From Candidatus Zixiibacteriota bacterium (lineage in GTDB: Bacteria; Zixibacteria; MSB-5A5; SM1-73): 64,000 nt of DNA. The position numbers were made by a program, and so were the translations under genes. This document shows positions 47,719 through 56,905 of the stretch, piece after piece; the first letter of the stretch is position 1; each line of letters begins with the position of its first letter. A model generated the notes under the pieces. The model ran no database searches. It worked only from the letters and a program-made list of their open reading frames with translations, and was not told the DNA's origin. The stretch spans positions 20,372-84,371 of the forward strand of contig JBAVQU010000021.1 in the NCBI GenBank assembly GCA_049694315.1, given 5' to 3'.

Positions 47719-47874
47719 ATCTGCTTCTCCTTCCCCTCGGATCTTCTATGATCCCATATGAAAAAACCCCACTTGCTCTTTTCGATTTTGCCTGACCGTA
47801 TGGCCACCGCCTCGGTGAAAACCCAGGTCGGGCAAAATCAGCTCGTCAAAGTGGGGAACAAAAACAAAGAACGC

Positions 47875-48180
47875 TTATTGGGTATCTTCTTCGCCCACCC
47901 TCTCTGCCAACAGCTCCAAAAGGGATTGGGATCTTTCCTCTACATCCAGAAGTCTCTTTTTCCTTTCGTCTCTCTCTTTGAACAACTCGTCGGTTATGCT
48001 CATGGCTGCCAAAACTGCCACCCTTACCGGCAGTTTGTTGGACATTCTCTCTGCCACCTCCTTCATCTTTTGATCTACGTACCTGGCAACCTCTTGGATG
48101 TAAGAGTCCTCAGCGTCACCCTTAATGGGATAATCCTCACCAAAAATATTCACTTTAACCGATTGCTTCTTCTGTTCCAT
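47875..48180 (-). CDS. zapA: Cell division protein ZapA
   Basis: Reads VKVNIFGEDYPIKGDAEDSYIQEVARYVDQKMKEV...VAVLAAMSITDEL, which is ZapA-like. Confidence 0.7.
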   Translation of the reverse strand: MEQKKQSVKVNIFGEDYPIKGDAEDSYIQEVARYVDQKMKEVAERMSNKLPVRVAVLAAMSITDELFKERDERKKRLLDVEERSQSLLELLAERVGEEDTQ

Positions 48181-48270
48181 TACGTCCGCAAGTCAAAAAG
48201 AAGATTTCCAATAGCTCTTTTGTTCTTATCCCCACCGGATATTGGTTTATTAAAACACCTCTCCACCCAG

Positions 48271-48299
48271 ATATTACGAAAACGACCCCCGGTTGTCAA
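48271..48299 (-). promoter_or_regulatory. Consensus sigma70-type promoter for zapA: TTGACA, a 17-nt spacer, then TAATAT
   Basis: The minus strand reads ttgacaaccgggggtcgttttcgtaatat, about 85 nt upstream of the zapA start. Confidence 0.55.
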
Positions 48300-48418
48300 G
48301 AAGATTTAAGTCAAACCTCCCAAAACCGACTCACCGCAGATTGGTGTCTCGTCGGTGTAGACTCACGCTGCAGAAATCTGCGATTCGCACTTGGAAAGAC
48401 CCTTCTTGGATGGCTCCT

Positions 48419-48703
48419 CTAACTTGGGTCTGCAAACGGGACCAGTCTCTCCATCAGCTTCTCCACCCTTCCTCTTATCTCCGCCTTCCTTTGGGTAATG
48501 TCCCGTTCCCTGTGAGCCAGCTCGTATCTTAGCTTCTCGGTCTCCAAGGTTAAGTTGGTCGTGGTGGTCTTAAAATCGTCAATCTCGTCTGATAGCTTCT
48601 TGTACGAAGAGGAGATCTCTTCATTTTCCTTCTTCAATCTGTCGATCAACTCCATCGCTTGAATGATCTTCTCCTCCAGTTTGGCAAAACTGTCCACTTG
48701 CAT
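48419..48703 (-). CDS. Small coiled-coil protein of 94 aa, possibly ZapB-like
   Basis: It is entirely heptad-repeat coiled coil (LEEKIIQAMELIDRLKKENEEIS...) and lies next to zapA. Confidence 0.4.
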   Translation of the reverse strand: MQVDSFAKLEEKIIQAMELIDRLKKENEEISSSYKKLSDEIDDFKTTTTNLTLETEKLRYELAHRERDITQRKAEIRGRVEKLMERLVPFADPS

Positions 48704-48790
48704 GATATCAAGCTCACTTCCTTACGGTTGGTGGATGGTCCTCAGGCAGCTTGGGCCTGGAACCAAACACATTCCTTCGTCCATGTCACT

Positions 48791-51172
48791 TCATTTCCTC
48801 AAAGTCGCCCCGAAACAGCTTTCTAATTCCGAAATCACCCTCTGGTGAATTCCCTCCACCTCCTCATCGGTTAAGGTTCTTTCCCTGGAACGGTAACGGA
48901 TCGACCAAGCCAGGCTCTTCTTGCCGACCGGAACCTGCTTGCCCCGGTACACGTCGAACAGAGCCACCTCCTCCACCATGCCTCCGCCGGTCTCCCTTAT
49001 TTTTCCCAGAATCTCCCTGGATAACAGCTCCTCATCCACCACCACCGCCACGTCCCGATCCACCGGAGGATACTGGGGAAGCGGGGAGAACTGCCTGGCT
49101 CCAGACAGCCGCGCCCATAGCTTCTCGAAATCAAGCTCGGCCCAGAAAACCGTGTCCCTTATTCCGAATAAGTCCAGAATCTCTCGGGACACTTCGCCCA
49201 AAAGCCCGATCTCTTTGCCCTCAGTTTGAACGCTGAAACCGCTCCCCTCCTTCAACAGAGCATTACTACTGGTTAGAGTCATTTCCAATGAAAGCGAGAA
49301 ATGGCTCAAAAGCCCCTCTACTGCCCCTTTCAGGTCATACAGATCCGCCTCGACTTCCGGTACGTCCCAATTCCGCGGCATCCTTGTTCCGGAGATGGCT
49401 ATTCCCAAGTGCAGCCTTTCCTCCGGCAGGTGCCCATTCCGCGGGATGAACACTTTCGCCAATTCGAACAACCTTAAGTTTTTCTCCAGCCGGTTTTTGT
49501 TCCGGCTCACCACTGCGAGAAGACCGCAGGCCAGAGTGGTGGAGAGAACGGATAAATCCTGACTTAGGGGATTTCTGAGGGTCACCCAAGGGACATCGGG
49601 ATTCAGCTTGATCAAGATCTCCGGATCCACCAGGTTGTTGGTGATCACCTCGAAAAATCCTTTCCCAGCCATGAGCTCCTTGATCCTCCGGGCGATTTCG
49701 TCTTCAGGGTGTATCTCGGTGACCAGTGCGCCGCCTGCTCTCAAGGTGGTTTTTATGTTGGCATAACCGTGAATTCGGGCGATCTCCTCTATCAGATCGA
49801 TTTCCCGCGTCACGTCCGGCCTGAAGGTCGGGACCGTAACCTCAAAACCGTCCTTTTGCTGGACCGAGAACTCCAGGCTGGTCAGAATGCTCTCTATCCT
49901 CCGGGGTTCCAGATTGGCATCCAGAATCTGGTTGACCCGGCTTGGTCTTAACGCAATTCGGACCGGATGAATCGGACAAGGATAGTTGTCCACCACACCC
50001 TTTAGCACTTTCCCTCCGGCCAAAGCCTCCAGAAGCTCTGCTGCCCGGTCGACGGCATTCCTTACCCCGTTAGGATCAGCCCCTCTTTCGAACCTCTGGG
50101 ACGACTCGGTGGAAATACCCAGAGACATTCGTCCTCTTCTGGTGACCCTCGGATCGAAATAGGCGCTCTCCAGAAGGACGTTTCTGGTATATGACGTCAC
50201 CTCGCTCTCCAATCCTCCCATTATTCCGGCGATGGCCACCGGCTTGGCCCCGTCGGTAATCAGCAGCACTTCGCTGCTCAAAGTACGCTCCACCTGGTCT
50301 AAAGTGACGAACTTCTCCTTATCACGTGCCCTCCTTACCACCACCTTTTTCTGCCTGAACAGCTCATAGTCAAAAGCATGCAGCGGATGGCCCAACTCCA
50401 GCATCACCAAGTTGGTTATGTCCACCACATTGTTTATGGGTCGCATCCCCGCCGACTGAACTCTTCGTTTCAACCAGAAAGGCGATTCGGCGATCTTGAC
50501 CTCCTCGATTACCCGGGCGGCATATCTGGGACAGGCTTGGGGGTCTCCAATCTCCACCTGCACCATATTCCGAGCCTCCTTTTCGATCTCGTGCAGGTTA
50601 GGCTCTCTTTTTTTCACCCGGGTTCCGCACAGAGCCGCCACCTCCCGGGCGATTCCCATCATAGACAACGCATCCGGTCGATTGGCGGTTATGTCTATGT
50701 CCAGGATGTGATCTTCCAAATCCAGGGCAGAGGCAAGCGGCGAACCTACTTTCAGGCCCGGATCAAGAATCATGATCCCCTGCTCCTCCTCCCCTATTCC
50801 CAGTTCTTTCTCCGAGCAGATCATGCCGTATGAATCCACGCCTTTCAGCGTGCTCTTGGCTATGCGGACTCCACCGGGAAGGGTGGCGCCGATCAAAGCC
50901 ACGGGGACTTTCGCTCTGAGGGTTACGTTGGGAGCGCCGCACACCATCTGGAGGACTTCGGAGCCGATTCGGACTGCGCACACGGAGAGTCCTTCCGCCC
51001 GAGGATGCGCGGAGACCTGCTCGATCTCCCCCACCACCACTTTGTCCAGATCCCCACCCAGGTGTGTGATGGTGTCCACTTCCAGTCCGGCGTCGGTTAG
51101 TCGGATCGAGAGCTGCTCGGTCGACAGGTCAAAATCGACCAGCTCCTTAAGCCATTTCAAGCTTGCTTTCAT
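48791..51172 (-). CDS. pheT: Phenylalanine--tRNA ligase beta subunit
   Basis: Reads MKASLKWLKELVDFDLSTEQLSIRLTDAGLEVD... and is 793 aa, with B3/4, B5 and anticodon-binding regions. Confidence 0.9.
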   Translation of the reverse strand: MKASLKWLKELVDFDLSTEQLSIRLTDAGLEVDTITHLGGDLDKVVVGEIEQVSAHPRAEGLSVCAVRIGSEVLQMVCGAPNVTLRAKVPVALIGATLPGGVRIAKSTLKGVDSYGMICSEKELGIGEEEQGIMILDPGLKVGSPLASALDLEDHILDIDITANRPDALSMMGIAREVAALCGTRVKKREPNLHEIEKEARNMVQVEIGDPQACPRYAARVIEEVKIAESPFWLKRRVQSAGMRPINNVVDITNLVMLELGHPLHAFDYELFRQKKVVVRRARDKEKFVTLDQVERTLSSEVLLITDGAKPVAIAGIMGGLESEVTSYTRNVLLESAYFDPRVTRRGRMSLGISTESSQRFERGADPNGVRNAVDRAAELLEALAGGKVLKGVVDNYPCPIHPVRIALRPSRVNQILDANLEPRRIESILTSLEFSVQQKDGFEVTVPTFRPDVTREIDLIEEIARIHGYANIKTTLRAGGALVTEIHPEDEIARRIKELMAGKGFFEVITNNLVDPEILIKLNPDVPWVTLRNPLSQDLSVLSTTLACGLLAVVSRNKNRLEKNLRLFELAKVFIPRNGHLPEERLHLGIAISGTRMPRNWDVPEVEADLYDLKGAVEGLLSHFSLSLEMTLTSSNALLKEGSGFSVQTEGKEIGLLGEVSREILDLFGIRDTVFWAELDFEKLWARLSGARQFSPLPQYPPVDRDVAVVVDEELLSREILGKIRETGGGMVEEVALFDVYRGKQVPVGKKSLAWSIRYRSRERTLTDEEVEGIHQRVISELESCFGATLRK

Positions 51173-52210
51173 CTAAAATTGCCTTAAGAATCTCAGGTCG
51201 TTCTCATAAAAAAGCCGGATGTCGTCAATCCGATATTTCAGTAGAGCGATTCGTTCCACTCCCATGCCGAAGGCATAGCCGGAATATTTCTCCGGATCAT
51301 AACCCACGGCTTCAAACACCGCCGGGTCTATCATGCCGGCACCGAGTATCTCCAGCCAACCCCGGTATTTGCACACACTGCACCCCTTGCCGCCGCAGAG
51401 AACGCAAGAAATGTCGACCTCAGCCGAAGGCTCGGTAAACGGGAAGAAGCTCGCCCTGAACCTTAAAGCTACTTTCCTACCGAACATCTCCCACACGAAA
51501 GCGGTAAGAACCCCCTTCAGATCGGCAAAGGTGACGTCGGTATCCACGTAGAAGCCTTCCACCTGATGGAAGGTACAGAAGCTCCGCGAATTGATGGCCT
51601 CGTTTCTATAGCATCGACCCGGAGCGATGATCCTCACCGGGGGCCTTTTTTTCTCAAATACCCTCACCTGCACCGGAGAGGTGTGTGTGCGGAGAAGAAT
51701 GTCATCCGTTACGTAGAAAGTGTCCTGCATGTCTCTGGCCGGATGGTCCTGCGGAAAATTGAGGGAAGAGAAGTTGTAGTAGTCCGTCTCCACGTCCGGC
51801 CCTTTGGCTATTTCAAATCCCATTCCATAAAAGATCTGAATTATCCTTTCATTTATCTGGGTGACGGGATGCAGTTTTCCTTCCCAATCCTTTCTGCCGG
51901 GAAGAGTATAATCGATGGATGGTTTTCCTCTGGTCTGAAAAGAATTCAGCTCCTCCAATTCCCCTTTTTTCTTCTCCAGGAGTGCTTCCACCTGGCTTTT
52001 CAACCGGTTGGACAACTGACCTAAGGCCGGACGCTCCGCATCCGGAAAGTCCTTGAGGCTTTTCAAAAGAGAGGTGATGATTCCTTTTCTCCCCACGTAC
52101 TTGAGTCTGATCCGCTCCAATCCTTCGGGTCCGTTCGCCTGCTCCATCTGCAGCAGAACGTCCCTCTCTGCCTGCTTGAGGGATTCCTGGAACTTGTCTG
52201 AGTTTGTCAT
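51173..52210 (-). CDS. pheS: Phenylalanine--tRNA ligase alpha subunit
   Basis: Carries class II aaRS motifs (FPQDHPARDMQDTFY, GRCYRNE and a motif-3 GAG..). The start is taken at MTNSDKF. Confidence 0.9.
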   Translation of the reverse strand: MTNSDKFQESLKQAERDVLLQMEQANGPEGLERIRLKYVGRKGIITSLLKSLKDFPDAERPALGQLSNRLKSQVEALLEKKKGELEELNSFQTRGKPSIDYTLPGRKDWEGKLHPVTQINERIIQIFYGMGFEIAKGPDVETDYYNFSSLNFPQDHPARDMQDTFYVTDDILLRTHTSPVQVRVFEKKRPPVRIIAPGRCYRNEAINSRSFCTFHQVEGFYVDTDVTFADLKGVLTAFVWEMFGRKVALRFRASFFPFTEPSAEVDISCVLCGGKGCSVCKYRGWLEILGAGMIDPAVFEAVGYDPEKYSGYAFGMGVERIALLKYRIDDIRLFYENDLRFLRQF

Positions 52211-52453
52211 GTCTTGAAGAAAGTGATCCGATTGAAGCCTTTGTGTCTGCCGCAAGCAAAATCACGTTCCGGGCGCGAAGCATTCGTTCAGACCGCACCG
52301 CAGCTTGGTCCGGAAGCGCTCGTGATTGGATCTCGAGGAGTTTGAAATCGAAATTGAGTCAGAACATACACCCGTCAAACCGCAGACGAGAATGTCCGCG
52401 CCGATACTTGGGTATAGAGAAAGCTGTATCAGACGTTCTATCTTATGGTTTTC

Positions 52454-52816
52454 TTAGCCTGCGCTGGATTTAGAAATAAGCTCTGCCAACTTGGCGAAGC
52501 CCTCTTTATCCCGAACAGCCATGTCTGCCAGTATCTTCCGATCCAGAATCACTCCTGCTTTCTTCAACCCGTTGATGAAGAAACTGTAGGAAAACCCATA
52601 TAGTCTGGCGGCTGCATTGATCCGGGCTATCCAGAGTCTGCGGAAATCTCTCTTTCTCCTTCTTCTATGGGCGAAGGCATAGGTCAGACCTTTTTGCACC
52701 GTCTCCTTGGCTGTGCGGTTAAGCTTGCTTCTACCCAAATAGTTTCCCCTGGCAGCCTTCAAGACCCTTTTTCTTCGTGCTCGCGAGGCGACTGCGTTTG
52801 TTGCTCTGGGCATCAA
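52454..52816 (-). CDS. rplT: 50S ribosomal protein L20
   Basis: Reads [68 protein letters not shown]. Confidence 0.9.
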   Translation of the reverse strand: MMPRATNAVASRARRKRVLKAARGNYLGRSKLNRTAKETVQKGLTYAFAHRRRRKRDFRRLWIARINAAARLYGFSYSFFINGLKKAGVILDRKILADMAVRDKEGFAKLAELISKSSAG

Positions 52817-52824
52817 AATCCTCC

Positions 52825-53019
52825 TTAGGTGGGTAACAACCTTCTCACCTTAGCCTGATCGGCTTTGTCCACGATCCCTGCCTTTCTCAGGCTTCGTTTC
52901 CTCTTGGAGCTTTTCTTGCCCAGGAGGTGTCCTCTGAAGGCCTTACTCCTCTTGAACTTTCCCGTGCCGGTTTTTCTGAATCGTTTGGCAGCGGCTCTGT
53001 TTGTCTTGATCTTTGGCAA
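52825..53019 (-). CDS. rpmI: 50S ribosomal protein L35
   Basis: Reads [44 protein letters not shown]. Confidence 0.9.
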   Translation of the reverse strand: MPKIKTNRAAAKRFRKTGTGKFKRSKAFRGHLLGKKSSKRKRSLRKAGIVDKADQAKVRRLLPT

Positions 53020-53097
53020 TGACCTAACCCTCCGTCTGCTCTTGCTGCTTAGTCTTATACGTTAGCTGGTTGTGTTAATTTGTTGACGGTAAAACGG

Positions 53098-53658
53098 TTA
53101 AACCTGTCCTTCTACGGGTTTGGCTGGAGAGGAAGAGCCTTTTTCTTGCGCCTTTGGTATGAAGCTCATGGTCAAGCTCCTACCTTCCATCTGCGACTTG
53201 GCTACCGGTTCTCCCACTGCGGAAAGGTCGACTTTGAGCTTCTCTAATATCTTCTGTCCAAACTCCACGTGTGCCCTTTCCCGACCCCTGAACTCCACCA
53301 TGACCTTGACCTTGTTCCCCTGGGCCAGAAATTCACGAATGTGTCTCATCTTAAAAGTGTAGTCGTGCTCCTCCGTCTTGGGTCTGAAGCGCATCTCTTT
53401 GAGCTGAAACGAACGTTGCTTTTTCTTGGCATCTCTCTCCTTTTTGGCCAGCTCATACTTATATTTCCCGTAGTCCATTATTTTGCAGACGGGTGGCCTG
53501 GCTTGAGGAGACACCTCCACCAGATCCAATCCTTTCTCTGCGGCCAAGCGGATCGCGTCCCGAGTGGCCATGATCCCTATCTGCTCACCATTCTCCCCGA
53601 TGACCCTCACTTGGGGAAAGCGAATCCTCTGATTGACTCTGATTTCTTTGGGCCTTAT
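53098..53658 (-). CDS. infC: Translation initiation factor IF-3, with a probable non-canonical AUA start
   Basis: The ORF as given begins mid-domain (RVIGENGEQIGI). The in-frame upstream codons read (ATA)RPKEIRVNQRIRFPQVRVIGENGEQ, matching the conserved IF3 N-terminus. GGAGGTG lies 7 nt upstream of the ATA at 53658, and there is no in-frame ATG/GTG after the upstream TGA. Confidence 0.8.
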   Translation of the reverse strand: MRPKEIRVNQRIRFPQVRVIGENGEQIGIMATRDAIRLAAEKGLDLVEVSPQARPPVCKIMDYGKYKYELAKKERDAKKKQRSFQLKEMRFRPKTEEHDYTFKMRHIREFLAQGNKVKVMVEFRGRERAHVEFGQKILEKLKVDLSAVGEPVAKSQMEGRSLTMSFIPKAQEKGSSSPAKPVEGQV

Positions 53659-53761
53659 TTCGATTCACCTCCTTTTCCCAGCTTCTTCTCCACGATGTTT
53701 CTTTGGAACCGTTATCAGTAATCCGTCCTTTTTGTCCAGACCTCAGTCTGCTCTTTGCTCT

Positions 53762-55687
53762 TCACTCTTTGCCCTTATTCCTTACCTCTTCTTTCAGCTT
53801 CTGAATGATCTCATCTAGGCTCAGCCGTCCCAAATCCCCCGCCTTGTGCTTTCTCACCGAAACGTTCTTGTCTTCAACCTCCTTTTTACCCACTATGAAC
53901 ATATACGGTGTTTTTTCCCTTTCTGCCTCTCTTATCTTGTAGCCTATCTTCTCGTTTCTGTCATCCAACTCTACTCTGAAACCTTCGTGCTGCAATCTGC
54001 CGGTCACCTCGGCGGCGTAAGAGTTTTGCTCATCAGTAATCGGCATTACCCGAATTTGCAGAGGAGACAACCACAAGGGAAACGCACCTGCATAATGCTC
54101 GATCAGCACGCCGAAGAATCGTTCCAGAGATCCCAAAAGAGCCCGGTGAATCATGATGGGGCGATGAAAGTTTCCGTCTGCGCCCACGTACCAAAGATCG
54201 AACCTTTCCGGAATGTTGAAATCGAACTGAATGGTGGTGCACTGATGCGGTCTTCCCATAACGTCTTTTATTTTCAGATCGATCTTAGGCCCGTAGAAGG
54301 CGCCGCCGCCTTCGTCTATCTCGTAGCTCAGCTTCTGTTTCTCCAAAGCTTGCCTCAGAGCGCTCGTGGCCTTTTCCCAGTTCTGGGCTTCCCCGATGGC
54401 TTTTTCCGGTCGGGTGGCCAAGAAGATCTGGTATTTGTCAAATCCCAAGGTTTTGAGCATGGAGAGCGAGAAATCCAGAAGCTGGGTGACCTCATCCTCC
54501 AGCTGCTCCAGCTTGCAGAATATGTGGGCATCGTCCATGGTGAAGCCTCTGACCCGCACCAGTCCCTGCAACACTCCGGAACGCTCGTAGCGATAGCAGG
54601 CGCCCAACTCGGCGAACCTGATGGGAAGCTCCCGGTAACTCCTCAGCTTGGACTTGTAGATCAGGATATGAAATGGGCAGTTCATCGGCTTGATTTGATA
54701 CTCCTCGTCCTCCACCTGCATGGTGGAATACATGTTCTCCCGGTAGAACCCGGTGTGCCCGCTTATCTCCCAGAGATGGAGCCGCGCTACGTGCGGGGTG
54801 TACACCAACTGGTAGCCGTGCTTCTGATGCTCCTCCACCCAGAAATCCTCTATGGCTCTTCGAATCAATGCCCCTTTGGGATGCCACAATACTAGGCCCG
54901 GACCGATCTCCTCCGAGATCGAGAAAAGCTCCAGTTCCTTGCCCAGCACCCGATGGTCCCTTTTTTTCATCTCCTCCATTCTCTTCAGGTAATCGTCCAA
55001 CTCCGCCTTGGAGGGGAAAGAGATTCCGTAAATGCGCTGAAGCATCGGATTCTTCTCCGATCCCTTCCAGTAGGCTCCGGCCACGCTCAGCAGCTTGAAG
55101 CCCTTGATCACCCCGGTTGAAGGCACATGCGGACCCCGGCAAAGGTCCACGAAACCGTCATGCTGATACAGGCTCACCTTGTCCTCGGCCAGATCGGATA
55201 GCCTGGCCACCTTGTAACTCTCCCCCTTCTGTTTGAACAACTCCAGTGCCTCTGCTCTGGAGACTTCCCTCCTTACGAAGGGTCGATTCTGCTTTACGAT
55301 CTCCTCCATCCTTTGCTCTATCTTAGCCAGATCTTCAGGCTCGAATGGTTTAGGCGTATCAAAGTCGTAATAGAATCCGTCTTCGATTGAAGGCCCGATG
55401 TCCAGCTTTGCGCCAGGGAATAGGTCTTGCACCGCCTGGGCCATGATGTGTGAGGTGCTGTGCCAGAAGACTTGCTTCCCTTCATTCGACTCGAAAGTGA
55501 CGATCTTCAGATCGGAATCTCCCATCACCTTTTCGGATAGATCAACCATCCGCCCGTTGAGATGAGCCGCCAGGGCACTCTTTGCCAGATCGGGACGGAA
55601 ATCCCGCAGGATATCAAGAACAGTTGCTCCGGTTGGATGCCGCTTTTGCGATCCATCCGGCAGAACCACAGTTATCTGGTTTCCCAT
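53762..55687 (-). CDS. thrS: Threonine--tRNA ligase
   Basis: Has an N-terminal TGS (ITVVLPDGSQK), class II motifs and an anticodon-binding domain, in about 640 aa. Confidence 0.9.
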   Translation of the reverse strand: MGNQITVVLPDGSQKRHPTGATVLDILRDFRPDLAKSALAAHLNGRMVDLSEKVMGDSDLKIVTFESNEGKQVFWHSTSHIMAQAVQDLFPGAKLDIGPSIEDGFYYDFDTPKPFEPEDLAKIEQRMEEIVKQNRPFVRREVSRAEALELFKQKGESYKVARLSDLAEDKVSLYQHDGFVDLCRGPHVPSTGVIKGFKLLSVAGAYWKGSEKNPMLQRIYGISFPSKAELDDYLKRMEEMKKRDHRVLGKELELFSISEEIGPGLVLWHPKGALIRRAIEDFWVEEHQKHGYQLVYTPHVARLHLWEISGHTGFYRENMYSTMQVEDEEYQIKPMNCPFHILIYKSKLRSYRELPIRFAELGACYRYERSGVLQGLVRVRGFTMDDAHIFCKLEQLEDEVTQLLDFSLSMLKTLGFDKYQIFLATRPEKAIGEAQNWEKATSALRQALEKQKLSYEIDEGGGAFYGPKIDLKIKDVMGRPHQCTTIQFDFNIPERFDLWYVGADGNFHRPIMIHRALLGSLERFFGVLIEHYAGAFPLWLSPLQIRVMPITDEQNSYAAEVTGRLQHEGFRVELDDRNEKIGYKIREAEREKTPYMFIVGKKEVEDKNVSVRKHKAGDLGRLSLDEIIQKLKEEVRNKGKE

Positions 55688-55798
55688 CGCTGTCTCCCTG
55701 AAGACCAAGACAAAAAATCACCCCATCTCCCCGGGGCGCTTCTTCGTCTAATCGTGTCTATCAGCCGATCACTTTCAACCGTTCGCCGTCATTTATCA

Positions 55799-55875
55799 TG
55801 GTGGGCGATACTGGAATCGAACCAGTGACCCCTTGCATGTCAAGCAAGTACTCTAACCATCTGAGCTAATCGCCC
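55799..55875 (-). tRNA. tRNA-Val (anticodon GAC), with CCA encoded
   Basis: The minus strand reads GGGCGAT TA GCTC AGATGGTTA GAGT A CTTGC TTGACAT GCAAG GGGTC ACTGG TTCGATT CCAGT ATCGCCC A CCA, a canonical cloverleaf. Confidence 0.85.
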
Positions 55876-55896
55876 ATCAGCCTCATCTTCCCGACC

Positions 55897-55941
55897 CTCC
55901 CGCCAACCGCGGGATACTCTAACCATCTGAGCTAATCGCCC
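55897..55941 (-). pseudogene. Pseudo-tRNA fragment. Its 5' acceptor and D arm are identical to tRNA-Val, it has a GTT-anticodon-like stem-loop, and it has no T arm or 3' acceptor.
   Basis: The minus strand reads GGGCGATTAGCTCAGATGGTTAGAGTA TCCCG CGGTTGG CGGGA GGGTCGGGAAGATGAGG. Its first 27 nt are identical to the adjacent tRNA-Val. Confidence 0.45.
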
Positions 55942-56905
55942 GCGTCGACCAAATCTGACCTACCGCCGGAAGCATCGTTTCTTCTTTGTTCCACACCTCT
56001 AATCGCTAATCTCAACGCTTGGCTCAAATATATTTTGCCAGGATGGGGTTGTCAAGATTTTATTGAAGTGGCGCTGAAAAAGTCGAATCGAGAAGAGCAC
56101 CGCTGCAGTGCCAGGCTTCGGCCTGATCTGCTAAGTCAGCTTATAGAAAAACGCCATTCTGAGAGGCAAGCTGGAGAGTCGCCGAGCAGTAGTGCATTCA
56201 ATTCACCTGACTCTTCGCTTCCTTCAAAATGACACGGGTGGAATCTCTGTATTCTGACAGGATCGTCGATCTGCGCTCCTTGAGGTTATCTTATTCCGAA
56301 CAGATCCATGAGCCTTTCCGCTATCTTCTTGTAAACCTCCTCATTATTGTATTCACCTCTCTGTCTTTTCTTCCTGGCCTCTTTTACTCTATCTTCGCGG
56401 ATGGGATTAGAATCTAACGAAAGATCAGTCTCACCTGTCGTGTCGCCTGTGGAACCTTCATGCACCCTTCGACCTTGACCTCCCGGGGGCACTGCTCCAT
56501 TTGTCCTTCTGTTTGGAGTTTCTCGCCCAGACGCAGAAAGTGAGTTCTTTTCTCTTTCCCGAAATCCTTCTTTTCCACCAGTAGGCAACACTCTCTTCTC
56601 TCCTGTGCAAATGATTGCACAATTGCCTTAGACAAGCAAAACCTAAGCTAACATCATGCGTCACATTACGATCAAACCGTCTCTTGGTCCCGATGGAGGC
56701 ACATTCGACCGGGTCTCATGCGAGCGCACGGTTCGCCGTCAGAAGACGCTAGCCCAATGCCTCTACTATCTGTATCGACCTGGAGGTATTAAACTTTATA
56801 GCCGAAATTCAGGTCAGCGGGTCTTAACCCGACGAAATCCAGAAATGGCATGCTGTCATAGATGACAAAGCCGATTCTCATGCTCATACTCTTGAGCCTG
56901 TGCAC

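Noticed and set aside
48181-48418. 6S RNA (ssrS) next to zapA, as in E. coli
   Set aside because: The gap upstream of zapA is fully explained by a consensus sigma70 promoter plus leader. I could not recognise the 6S closing-stem or central-bubble arrangement. The gap downstream of zapA (47719-47874) is too short.
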